A stretch of DNA of 64,000 bases, from assembly GCF_018977255.1 (NCBI RefSeq), contig NW_024704743.1:63366001-63430000 (forward strand), in the 5' to 3' direction. Numbering within the stretch: the first letter of the stretch is position 1; each line of letters starts with the position of its first letter. This document shows positions 38,312-52,400 of this stretch, one piece after another. Both the position numbers and the translations under genes were made by a program. The notes beneath the pieces were generated by a model. It made no database searches. It saw only the letters and a list, made by a program, of their open reading frames with translations, and had not been told where the DNA came from. Source of the stretch: Callorhinchus milii (Eukaryota).

Positions 38312-41300
38312 TTTATTGTTCCATTTGTTACTGTTCACTCTACAGTAATAAAAAACAAAATATACTGTACTGAAATGCTGATATCTTATGTCCAGATGAC
38401 ATTACCATTACAATATATATATATACAGCTGTTAACAGCTGCATCGCTGAGTGTAAACACCATTCCTGGACCAAATATCAGCTTTTTAAGCAAAGGTGAA
38501 ATAGCATTATATCAAAGTCACCATGTTGATAATTTACACAACAAATTCTTTCTTATGCTGAATGCTGGAATTAGCTGTACAGTAAAAGCATTATACTGTA
38601 GTTACTTTCATGGTGCATGAGAGAAACTGTGCATGAACTCTAAGAAGCTGGAGTAATGCTGTATAAAATGATTTTTTCCCCCACCAAATTCTAATTTTGT
38701 AAAAATCATTTTAACTGTTGACAAGGGACACAAATGAAATCAGTTACATTGGTAAGAATTGATGTAAATTAAATCATCAAATTGTCTGCAAAACACATCG
38801 TTGTTAATTACATTAGGAATCACCGTGCCTAGGAAACCAACCCACACAAAAGAGTATTTATTTCATAGACCAAATTCAATAGCTTTGGATGCATTTCCAT
38901 TTTAGAATAAAGTGGCAACTCAGTAATACAGATTCATACAACACTTTACTGAAAATGGCTGGTGGACACAAAATAAATTCTACTGAGTGGGATTACTAAT
39001 CCTGATGAAGTTTATGGAGAAATGTCCTACAGTGTTTAAAACAGTTTCAAAATTTAAAAATGTATTCAAAATATTCAAATGATAAAACACTTTTTGAATC
39101 TTAAAACTATAAACAAGTGAACATTTCCCACTTTTCATTTCTGAAACAAAGATGTAATAATAATAATCCTTGCATTTGATATAGCGCTTTTCACGTCGGG
39201 AGGACGTCCCAAAGCGCTTCACAGAACACACTGTAAAGTGAATTGACTATATATTTGTGGGCAAACGCGGCAGCCAATTGCGCACAGCAATGTCCCACAA
39301 ACAGTCATAGATTGAAAATGACCAATTTATTATTGTTTTGTTTTTTGGAGGGATTATTATTAGGCGTGTGGAGTAAGGAAACTTGCCCAAGGTTTCGCCC
39401 TCTGCCTGGAACTGAACTCAGGTCTCTCACTTGCAAAGCGAGTGCTCTAACCACTGAGCTACAGGACTCCGATGTATTCCTAAGTATAGAAATAATTTTC
39501 TTTTAAATGAAAGAGAAGTTATTTCCCACAAAGTGTTCATTCCATTTCCTGTGGAGAAATGTTATAGATGAAGAGAATCAGCTCACACCTTGAAATTGTA
39601 TTTAAAATTATTCTTTTTTTGCAAAATTATAAATTAGGAAGAAGCACCTCTTTACATTCAACAGTGAATACATTACTTAAATGCTGTGTAAAAATGGTGA
39701 TAAAAATTCAGAAGTACATAGTCTACTATCAGCAATAATAGAATAATCAATTACTACTGTACTGTATTTTTAAGATATAAAACATTTCCTTTTGTCTTTT
39801 GCATCTTTACTTAAAAAGCTGCTAGCAACACATTCCTCAAGATCTTTTGAAAGTTGAGTTTTCTTTGGGACAGATTACTTGAAAGATTTCATAATCTCCA
39901 TTTCTTATTGTGACCCCTGTGGAACTCTCTCCTAAAATCCTTGTTCCTTCTTGCTCCATATTCAAAACCCAACTTCCTCTGTTATTCTACATGAAAGGCA
40001 CCACCTAAGATCAGGTTGCTGATGTTTCTGCTATTTAAGTATAATAATTGTGACAAAATGGGAGTTATCATTTATGTGCTGATAATTACACAATTTAAAA
40101 TGTGTCTACTCATTTGTTGGTTCTGTAGATTGAATCCTAGTTGTCCTCACTTACAAAAAGATCAAAGTGTTTGGTAATACACATAAAAAGTGCCCATTAT
40201 GTTAAAATGTTCCGAAAGCACTTCACAAGCTGTATAAGTGTAAAGTATAACATATTGTAACACAGTGCAACAACTGTGTATTTGAAGGTAAACTTGAAAT
40301 AATAATCCTTACATTTGGTATAGAGCCATTCACATCAGGACGACATCCAAAGTGGTTTACGGGATTTAGTGTTTAGCTTGGGTTTGAAATGCCGTCATGT
40401 CCTCCCGACGTGAAAAGTGCTATACAAATGTAATCTTATTGTTGTTGTTCTACGTGTACTTGTGGTCTTCCCTCATCTATGATAGCTTAAAAATGGATCA
40501 GTGGCAAACTAAATTCCTGTTATTTTACTGTGCTCTCAAACTTCAATCATCATTTCTTGATATTGATAAGATTTGAAAGTGACCTCTCAAAAGTAAGAAT
40601 TGCAGTCTCTTTAAATACGGTCTTTACATTCAAATTATGTTACTTAAAGTTGATGCTCCCAATTACTTTAGATTCATTGTATTCACTTTGAACAGAAAAC
40701 TTTTGGCCAACGTTGAACTCAAACTTGGTTGAAATATCCTCATAGATAAAGGTAGTGGCACAGCTTACTAATATATAGTCTGATTCAGCCCGACTGTTAG
40801 GGAGTTCAGGGCACACCTTCACTTCCAAGTCTCACTAATCACATAAACTGACCGGTCAACAGTCAAAAATAATGAGAACCAGACTGACTTAGTCAGGCGT
40901 GTCTCCTAGAATCCTGTTACCTTTCTTTCAATCTCTCTCTTCCCCCTAACATTTTTAAAAAAAATAAAAAGCACCAAGATATTAATTTATTGAACTCTAA
41001 CTAGTAAAGAGCTAAGTGGATTAGCCATGATTCAAAAAGAACCATATGTACTTCCAAAGCGTTATTGGGGAGAATCGTGTATATAAGAATCAATCTAAAT
41101 GAACTTGATCCTGAGCTTTAAAAAGTACAATAATTCAAAAAAACAAAGCTCAAATCATGGATTGTTTCATGTTAACATACATTTGTGGCTACAAAATGTA
41201 AATGGTATACACCGCTAGACAACTTACAACCAAATTTATTAATGAGCAGTTTAAACTAGTTGTAAATAATATTTATAAACTACAGTATAAATGTATGTCC

Positions 41301-42532
41301 ATAAAGCATTGCACACAACCACTATGACTGTGAATAAACAAGGCATATGAAATTCCACATATGCAAACTAACTACATTTGCACATTTCTCTTCGTCTGGA
41401 AGGAATGTGCACTCTCCCCAGAACAACACTGTTTAGCTAATCACAGAAAGTATTAGCCGTAAGTTAAAAGAAGGCAAGGCTTAGGAACCCCAGTATAGGT
41501 TCAGGAGTGGAAACTGTATGCCTTGCTATTGTAAACACTGTCTTGCAAGCTTCCAGCCACTTATCCAGCTGGGACCACTCTAAACTTTAGCTTGCAGGGT
41601 TAATAGAACCAAGCAAGAGGAATCCCAACCTCAGTAGCACTATGCACAGAAATCACAAGAAGGATGAAAGAGATCCTTTGGCCTACTTGATCTGCCCTTT
41701 TAGGACTACCAAACTTCATTATAGCTCAAGCTGTTTTGAAATAAGCCTATTGTTGTAACTTCTGGTAATCCATTGTCAGTAGTTATCAGGTCACTTGTGC
41801 ACTTCCTGGGAGTTGCTCAAGTACCATTGGGGTGGACTAAAGGGTTACCCCCCAAATCTCTCAACAAGTCTGTGAACTTGGAGGGACAAGAATACAGAAA
41901 ACCACCAAATATTCTCAAAGAAGCAGAGGAGGACATTTCAGAATCCTTCATTATTTTCAATGGGAATTGACTAGTTCCGCAGATGGGATTAAGGGCAGTT
42001 TAGCTGTGTAGAATGCACAATTGAATCCACTATAATAAACCATCTCTCATATCAGTGAAAACCAAAGAAAGCAAAATTGTACATAATTGGATGTTTCCAG
42101 GATTTTTGCAACTTACATCAAAATGCAGCTTTATGATGCAGATTTTAAAATAAAGGAAAACACAGCCTATCAAACTTTCCCAGCTTTCATTGCGGTTAAA
42201 CTGCATCGGTTGACCTATCAAGATTAAACTCAGTTCCAGCACTTCACAGGCTGTATAAGTATTAAGTATTTCTGCCACAAATACAGCAGGCTAACAATAG
42301 CAATAGCACACATTTGGAAAATAATATGATGGAACACATTCCTTCTGCTTTAATGTTCAGATCTATGTCCAGCTATAGCGTGGATGAACAATTAATTTTA
42401 ATGCAGAGTTTCTGCTAATTCAATGTTCCTCTTTGGAGAGTAAAGGAAGGCCACGACTGTGTGAGAGTTAGTGCAGGAAGCAGCAGGTAGATGAGCCAGG
42501 ACTTCTCAGGCTAAGTTGATAATTACATTCAG
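38312..42532 (-). other. TMEM245: Putative TMEM245 3' UTR with candidate poly(A) signals
   Basis: AATAAA on the minus strand at 41235-41240, 40986-40991 and 38312-38317; the latter two are followed by U/GU-rich tracts. True end not determinable from DNA. Confidence 0.5.
39157..39470 (-). mobile_element. Same SINE family, short form, full length
   Basis: TSD GATGTA at 39151-39156 and 39471-39476. Confidence 0.92.
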
Positions 42533-42575
42533 TCACTCAGCAGATCTCACTTCCTCAGGACTGTCTTCAAAAGGT
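42533..42575 (-). CDS. TMEM245: TMEM245 terminal coding exon (coding part)
   Basis: tttgttctag acceptor in the required phase 2; (R)PFEDSPEEVRSAE-stop, similar in length and character to the recalled human tail RTFRDISEDLKSSVG. Confidence 0.8.
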
Positions 42576-45500
42576 CTAGAACAAAGTAATAAAAATCATG
42601 ACAACTATATATATTGAACATTTACTCTCAAACAATTGTAATCCAATCTGTTATGAACATTATTTTTCACAAAAGTAATTCAACTTTATCCGTTACTTCA
42701 ATGCAATTATGTTATAAAATTTAAACATAATGGTTGCTGAACAACTCTTTACACAGATTATAACGTTGTTGAGATGGCTCATAGCGCTTCACGGAATACA
42801 TTGTAAAGTGAATTGACTGTTTACTTTGTGGCTGAACGCGGCAGCCAATTGCGCACAGCAGTGTCCCACAAACAGTCTTGGATTGAGTGACCAAATTATT
42901 ATTATTTGTTTTTAAAAGGCATTATTACCCCTGGAAAGTGACCCACCAATCAACAAATAAAATAATTATTATAGTCACAAGTTATCAACAGGTTCAGTTG
43001 ACTTTGTGCATTATTCAGCGTTTAATTCCCCCCCCCCACACAAACTCCATTTCTCTCCCCCCTCACCAGTTGCTTACCTCCCCTAATGGATACAGTTAGT
43101 GTTGGTTAGTGTTACAGGACTCTGGAATATTGTAAAGGTATTGGAACCAAGCATGAATTGTACTTTTTGGAAACCAATCATCATACTTAAGAGTATTGAA
43201 ACCAGTTTCACATATGTAGGCCACTGATGCAATGACACTTTCCTGTGTCTAGAATTGAATGTGCATTCTCTCTGGTGCAACGGAAAGTATCACATTCAGC
43301 TTAGCCAGAGTAATTCAGCAGCAGCCACTTACAACAACAAATTGCATTTATATAGTACCTTTCATGTCAGGAGACCATCCCTCTGCATACCAGGCAAAGA
43401 ACCACCATGAAGGAGTTAATTAAGTTGGCTACTAAGAGAAGTGATGACCTCTGCCCTGTTCTATATATTCAGTGGATTATCTTTTACATGCACCAGAACA
43501 TCTTGTTATGCAGTTTATTATAAGACTACTGATTGTTTGATTTTCATTTCCTACTACATTCAACATCAAAAGAAACATGTATTAGAATGGAAGCAAATGA
43601 TACTTTATGTGGCACAACAGAATACCAAATAATCTTAAAGCCTTCTGTTATGAATTCCTGACAAATCCATTTACATATACTCCAGCTAGAGACCTGGGTG
43701 ACACTGTGGGTTAGGCACATCATTCATCTACAAAACAAGGGTGCAAATTCAGCCGTACTAATAGGATCAGTTAGTAGCTCTCTCACCTATGAGTCAGAAA
43801 GTTGTGAGTTCAAGCCCCAGGTCAGGACTTTGAGCTCAAATCTAAGCTGACACTCCAATGCAGTGTTGGGAATGAGCTGCATTGCTGAAGGTGCCATTCT
43901 TTAGATGAAACTTTAAACCAAGGTCCTGCCTGCCGATTCAAAAAGAGAAGGGAGTTCTCCTGGTATCCTGGTCAACAGTCCCCCAAATAAAATTGGTCAT
44001 TCCTTCAGGACTATTTTTGGCACATTGTCATGGGCAAATTATCTGCTGTATTCATCTACAAATTACAATCCTTCTATTCTTTACAATATATCCTGTGAAG
44101 CACTTTGAGATGTCCTTCTGACATGAAAGGCACTATAACGAATGCAAGGATTGTTTTTATTATAAGAAGTCTCCTCTCTTTTGGCTTGTGTAAGGAGGAG
44201 GTATTTATTCTCTTTTTTTCTTTTGCTTCCTTTTGGAAAAAAAACACACATCTAGGCACTTATCATATAATCCTTCCCCACTCTGTTATATATGAGGCAC
44301 AATGTGACCAGTACTTTCACAGAGAAAATACACAACAGTTTGAGCCAGCACCGGGTCAAAATGTTAATCGAGGAGCCTGAACTCCTCTTAAAGACCATAC
44401 CTATACAATTGATCTAATGTTCCTCATTTCGTCAATTTTCACATTAGGATTAAAGCAAAATAGGCAGTGACAAGACTCTTAAGAAATAACTGTTTAGAAC
44501 ATGTTGGAGCACTTATCATCCTGAGCTGAAGCAGACATTGGTGAAAGATTTTAAATTGTTCCAGGTAGCTGTCTTGTAGGGAGCGTTTAGAAATTCCCTG
44601 CATGTTGTTCACTACTTGATTAAAATAAGTGGAATTAACTCCTTGGCAGTTCCTGGTCTGCCAGAGAATGACGAGGAGAAGAAAGATTTTCATCCAATTT
44701 GTTAACGTGACAGCTAACCCAATTTGTTAACCTAACCCAAACGTTCAAGTCATTTTGAAGTGCAGCTATGCCTAAGTACTTGTTGTCTTGTACACTCAGA
44801 TCTAAACAACATAGTCCTGTAAAAAAGGAGCCAGTTACACTTATAGATTATTATTAATGACTCCAAATTGGCTACATGTTTGTGCAAGAGTTGGCCATAC
44901 CACTAATGGGAGTGTGCGTTTATTTTCTTCAGTGCGCCCTCAAAAGTTTAAATTTTACTTCTGTTTTATCTGAAGGTCTGTTTTCATAGGGAATTGCCTA
45001 GATTGAAACGACGTTTGTTTTAAACAGAACATGAATGCTTTGTGCACATTGAAGTGGTTCTTCCTGACATAAGTATGCAGCGGTGAATAAGAAGCTTGAC
45101 GTAGCTCATTTCCTCAGATTATTGAAATGCAGATATAGTCAGTTTAAGGCATAAAGCATATGCAGTCTTATGATAGCCTGTTTCATGTGTCAAGCAAAAT
45201 GGATCAACTACTAAAGCATTCAATTCCCTAACACTTCACACTAAAATTGAGCAAACAGGATTCTTATATGCAAGGAACTGCACCTTACAAAAAATTAGAT
45301 TCAAAAGAGCCAGACACAAACTTCAAACCCGAGGAAGGCGAGACAGGCTCGCTAAATGCCACTCTCACGAATATAACCCGAATCCAGTATGAAATCATGA
45401 TAGATGAAACTAAAAAGGATAAAAATTGTAAATAGTTTGTTTCTTTGTAGCAAAGTTCAATTTCAGTATTCACCCCAGTCACTGCACATGCTTGCAGCTC

Positions 45501-46314
45501 ATTTCCTGTGCACGCTAAAATAGCAGACTTCCAGGTTAAGATTGTCACCAACATCGCTTCCTATTAACTGGGCATGTGCAAAAAGCAATGTCCATAGCAA
45601 CCTGATGACGAGCAAGCTAGACATTTTTTGTTTAAGCATGTGAACGCTTTACTATACAGGGGTTAGGATTTATGGATTCCAACATTTTTGTTAGAACAAG
45701 GCTCTACTGCATATATTATTTGGTCTATATATAGTAAAACAAATTAAATTCAAATTAAATTTGTGAGGTTTATATTTTTGCCTTCTAAGGACGAGTTTAT
45801 GAAATGAAACCTGGTTTGCAATTGTTCATTCCTGGCCATTTAAGTTTTTCATTTGCACCTGTGGAAAGCAAGCACATGCTGCATAGTTTAAGCGTGACCC
45901 TGGGTGCAGGTAGAAGTAACAGCCTCTGTTTGAAAGTAAGCAAGGGTCGGAGGGCATTCAATAAATTGAATCAGACAAATGCACAATATTGTGACACCTT
46001 ACAACTATAAATACAAGACTAATGGACAAAAAAAATGAAAAAGGTACTGCAAAACAACCCATGTCTGATTAGCAAACTAAAGTACAGGCAATATAAAGAA
46101 CAAGGTGTATGAAATATTTAAGTTTTGTGATCCTGAAGTTATGTTGAGATAATGAAACCATAACTACAGTCATTTGAAACCAGGTCCAAGATGGTTATTT
46201 GTTAATCCAAGAGGAAATTAATCCTTTGATGACTAGTCTAGTTACCAGGTATATTAAAATGTGGAGATGTTGCTGCCTGACAAAGCCCACCATTTCTACG
46301 GGGGAATATTGTTG

Positions 46315-46553
46315 TAATAATAATAATCCTTGCATTTGATATAGCACTTTTCATGTCTTCTCGACGTCTCAAAGCGCTTCACAGAATAGACTGTAAAGTG
46401 AATTGACCGTATATTTATGGGTGAAATGCGGCAGCCAATTGCGCACAGCAGTGTCCCACAAACAGTCGTGGATTGAAGCGACCAATTTTATTATTGTTTT
46501 TTTTTTGAGGGATTATTATCAGGTCTGTGGAGTAAGGAAACTTGTCCAAGGTT
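46315..46553 (-). mobile_element. Same SINE family, 5'-truncated
   Basis: Tail, Deu core and gagtaaggaaacttg segment present; tRNA head missing. Confidence 0.85.
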
Positions 46554-47633
46554 CCATAAAATCCCAACCAGGAGTTCATTGGGGCACAATTTCAATCAGC
46601 ATTCACTACACATGCGTGCAGAAAGCCGGCCAACTTTTGTGTGCTAAACAATGACCAATTTGTGGCCATCATATTCCTGCTGATATCACTTTATGTGCAG
46701 CATGTAGGAAGTGATATTGGCTGCCACCCAAGGACCTAGAAGTTTTATTTTAAAAGCACCCAAAGCCAAAATGATTGCGTTCCAGATCACCAGACTGTTG
46801 TGGCATCATTCTTGAGCAAAGTGACAGTAGTGATGATCCAATAATAATAATCCTTACATTTGATATAGTGCCTTTTACATTGGGAGGAAATCCCCAAGCG
46901 CTTCACAGGATATACTACAAAGTGTGGTGACTGTTTTGGAAGCAAACAGGTTAGCCGATTTGCACACAGCAATCCCCCACAAACAACCATGGAGTGAGTG
47001 ACCAATTTTATTTGGGGGGACTGTTGGCCACGACACCTGGAGAAACTCTGTTCGCTTTTTGAATAATGCTTTAACGACCAATGAATAGGCAGATGAGGCC
47101 TCTGATAAAAATCTCATCTGAAGGACAGCACTTCTGGCAATACAGCACTCCCTTAGCATTGGATTAGAGCCTCAGTTTAGACTATATGAGTTCCAAGTCT
47201 CGACATGTGGCTTCAACCCTTCTGCGTCAGAGGTGAGAATGCTACAAACTGAGCCAGGCTGACAAAACAGAAGTCAAAAAAAATTTTGGTCCAATATCAA
47301 GGTCGGCACCCAATCCCGTTAGAATAAAGCACATTATAACAGGGTTCATTCGTACTTGAAACCGAATGTGGGGAAAGCAATGGTTAGTACTTTGAAAGTT
47401 CTACAGGTTAAAGTTAGTTTTATTTAATCTTAAACAAACGTAAATGCCTTACTAAGACGATTTGAACGTTACACAATTATTGACTCATTATTTATGAAAC
47501 CTAATGAAAAATGAGGATCAAGTTTTATGGCTATAAAATCTATGGTGTCTGCATTTATATTAAAAGATAATGGAATTTACCAGTTTTTGTTTTGTCATAT
47601 AATGAATTTAGTGGATGTTCCCATAGAAACTTA

Positions 47634-47864
<231 letters not shown>

Positions 47865-48565
47865 TTAGATTTTCCAGGTAGTTTTTTTAAAAAAACAGGC
47901 ATATTTCAATATTTGTTGTTTTAGAACAACAATTTGGAGAGTGAGATTTAAAACATGGGATGCATCTATAGCCTCTCCAACCTGCTCACATCTTGTTCCT
48001 CTACCTGTCCCTTCACTTGGCCAGCTAGATTCTTCTGCACGTCTACAGACCCTACCGTTCTACCATTGGCACGTGTTTTCAGGGGTGAGACGAAGCGACT
48101 ACCGGATTCCACATGTTATTCATGGACTAAGTTGTGATACAGAGCATACTATTGTAGCAATAACACTGCTCCCAAATCATGTACAGCTTTAGTACTGTAA
48201 ATTTAATCTTCAACTATTGCAATTAAATAAAAATAACATTTTGCCTGTATTCGCAATTCATCTCTTCCCCACTCTTTTCTCTCTATCCTATTCACTTTTC
48301 ATACTTTAATTTTACCCTATCTAAACTAATCCTATTCTATGTCTTCCACTCATTTTTTCTATAAACATTGAAACCTTTAATTTCATTCTACAGCAGGTGC
48401 AACACAAAGTGGCTATAGTTGTTTCCAATTGTGATTGTGAACCCGGCTTCAATTTATGTTATTTATTATCAGGGGCAGCACTGCCTCTAGAGATACCCAT
48501 GCTGCGTCTTTTATTTACTGTGCTGTCACCCATGCCATGTACAAAATAATACCATGTGAAACTTA

Positions 48566-48802
<237 letters not shown>

Positions 48803-50257
48803 TTACAAATCTCCAATCTTTGCACCAATCTTCAAGTCTAATTATCTTCTACATAGCATCAATTAGGCAGTCAACCTGATTTAGCCTTAAAGCAACACCA
48901 CTTGTGAAAAGCAAATTGTGGGAATTAACCTCATCATAGCTCAGAGATGTTAATAATCTTCAACACTGGGGACAAGGTAGGATTACTTTGCTATAAATAT
49001 ATCAAATGTACACAGTGCTGGCACCTAAGGTCTCATTGATATCTCAGCTATGGAATTTGATGAAGGATACGATTAGTTTCAGTTGATAAATAGGAACAAT
49101 CATTTTAAATTTTAAATCAGGAACAACTGAAATCCACCTGGTTGATCCCAAACACATCTTCAAAATTATTAAAGGTTGGAGGACACTAGGTTCTGTTCAT
49201 AAATTAAAGCGTCCATTTTTAACATTGACCTCAGATTATAATGCAAACCATTTAAGGAAGGAAGTCTCTCAGGCCAATATTTCTCCATTTTCTTCATATT
49301 GGGCAGATTCCACTGAGCTATTTTGAGTGAAGACTGAGAAAAGTCACCAGTCATGTAAAGTAAAAGAATAAATTAAATAAGATGTTTAGAACATTTAGGC
49401 CTTTGCGTTGTTTCAAGTTGCTGAGTTATACAGCCTGAAAAGGTTCAAGATGTTCATTCAAGATTAAAATTACGAGCATGAAAGAGGAAGCTAGGAAGAT
49501 TTTTTTCCTGCCAGAGGGTTGTCAGATCATGGAATGATTTGCTGGGGTGATTGTTGAGCAGAGTTAATTGGGACATTTAAAAGAGAATTAGTAAGCTTAT
49601 GCTAAAGAAGTGTTGAGAGGGTAAAGAATAGGGAAATGGAAATAGAACAGATTGGCTTTAAAGGAGAAATGAGAACAGATACTAATACAATGACTCACTC
49701 GATTGGCTGCCTAGTGTCAAAGATTTCTATGAAGTGATCACAACTGTCCACTAATCATAAATTATTTAAAATCTTTCAGAAAGTAATATACAACAGATAG
49801 TATAGTAAGCCTGTGTCTGGAAGAAGGTGTCCAGTTAAATCATCCTTCATATACTCGCCACTCTTTCCCTTGAAGCAATGATTTCTCTGCAAGTGTACCA
49901 ATGCATTGCACTATATAAAATCATGTTATGCACCAAACTTTAACCTGGCCTAGCTGATCTTCAACAGTATATCAAGTACAATTTCAGATAATTAGCATCT
50001 TCAGTTTTTTTTAGATTTATTAAAAAAATCCAATTATTAGAATTTCCTCATAAAACAGGCTGTATTTTAATGTAGCTCTTAGTATAGCAACAAATTTGAA
50101 ATGCTCTAACGTACAGGACTTTTTCACAGTTTTATGTGAATGTGAAAACAACAAAGTAACTCACAATGATAGGGTTATTAACACAAAAGTTCACATATAC
50201 TAAACAAACAAGGCAATTTATCCTTCACTGAGCAAAATGGAAATGCACAGATAATTA

Positions 50258-50386
<129 letters not shown>

Positions 50387-52184
50387 TTACATTTTCTGGT
50401 TTATTTTATATAGTACTGTATCTGAACATGCCAACATTGCCACTTGCAACACAATATATGAAACTAATAAAATTCCTAAAAAAATTACCTGTTATATTTC
50501 CTGTCCAGTTTTTCATACAATTCTAAAGCCCTTCCTAAAATAATGGAAAAATTGAATCACTGTTGTCTGATGGAGTAAAATGGCCTAAAAAGGGTAATTT
50601 TTTTTATTAAGTCATCTTCCTCTTTGGGTAGAAACATAGACAAAACTAATCCATGCTATTTCATTCATAATAAAACAATGATCTGTACCAAATGCTGTTC
50701 CACCATTGAAAGTCTTTCTCCATACTTACTCATTGCATCCTGGAGCATCCTTGGATCTCTTACAGTGACCAATAATGCAACTTCTGGCAAACCTTCTGCA
50801 TCCAAATATGGGTAAAATGTCATCGTTGGTTAGTTATTAAACACAGGAATACCTATGTGATGGAATACCACTTGCTCCAGATGCAGTCAACTTTCATGCC
50901 TCTGTAAATAATTATCTTGGGTGCAAAGAGTGGCTTTATTGCAGTCTGCCATAGTCCTGCAGCTAGGTTTCCAGTTAAATAAAGAAGGGCAGCCAAGGTT
51001 TTACACGTTTGTAATTTTACTTGGAACTTGACTCACCTACAAAATTTTACCCTTTGAAATTAAAAGTCGAGAATGCTAAAAGGATAAAGTGACTCACTTC
51101 CTCATTTCCTTTATTTGTTTGGTGACTATTTTGGCGAGTAAACTTCCCATTATGAAAAATACATGGCAGATTCATTGTAATTTATTTCTGCACCTGCATT
51201 TGTAGTGAAACAAGTAGTTGTTTGATTAACCTTCTAGGAGGCACTAAATATTTCTCAACATAACAACATCTGCATTAATTACATTAATTTGGTGAGTCTG
51301 GACATTAATTTTCTAATTCACACAAACTCTGAAAAATGTTAGTACAATATTTCCTGTTTGACTCAATGACAACCCATTTTGTATATTTGTCTTCCATCCT
51401 AATCAATCCCATCATTGCATCACCTAGAGTTCAAAAAGGCAATACACTTCTACCATTAAGTGTAGTTATACTCCGTATAGATTACGGGCTTGTAATGTGA
51501 TTTGGGGAAAAGGAAACTACAGCAGGATCTGTCCTTTTAAAAAAAATTAAAATTTTTAAAATTAAGATTGGATCCTTATGATAAAATCTGAGCCAGAAAC
51601 TTTAATGTAAAGGTCACTGAGACTGCAGAAGCCAATTGTCTTACAAGAAGGAAAGTAATAATATTGTTTCTGTTATGCAGAATGAACATACACAATGGGC
51701 ATTTGAAAAACACAACAAATTTGTTTGTTGTTAAAAGAAAAATATTGAAAGAATATAAAGTTACATAGTATAAACTTGCTAAACAATGGAGACATTCTGA
51801 ACAGCACAGGCTAGCACAATACACTCAAGATTGCAAGAGAAGTTCAGAAAAAGGCTTTTCAGCCTATTTAATCTTATTTTTCCAGAATACCAACTCTACC
51901 TTCTTCCCATTACAGCATCAAGTGAGTAATACAACCAGTATCGTGGCTTCAACCACCCTTTCTATTAAAAGTGGGAATCAGCCATGTTTGTTTGCACTGC
52001 ACCTTGAATCATAGCGCACAAACTGTATCAGATATGATTTGACTAGAGGAATGTATAGCTTAAGCCGTGATTTGAACTCAACGGACTTGGCAATGTAGTT
52101 TAGCAATTCTTTTAACTTTATTTACACGCATGTTGTAAAGAGAGGCAGTTAGGTTATCATTGACAACGCACGGGTTCATCCAGA

Positions 52185-52400
52185 GAGTACTGAACCATTC
52201 ATGGGTAAGGTCCCATTTTCAATCTTAGGTCTGTGTTGACTTAGCTGATATTAGATGGGGTTCTACCAGTGCTTTTCAATAGGCCTTAGTACCCCAGGTT
52301 GAGGGAAGGTGGTGGGGAAGAATAGGGGGAAAAGAGAAATCAGGCAGAATTCCAGCATGAATGTTATCCTGTAACCCTACTGGAGGTGCACATGGGCAAT
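52185..52400 (+). mobile_element. Ancient AmnSINE2-like element (second copy near 2255-2510)
   Basis: ggtctgtgttgacttagctgat...ggccttagtacccc...aatcag.cag..ttcc pattern resembles the recalled AmnSINE2 consensus; both copies share it. Confidence 0.45.
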
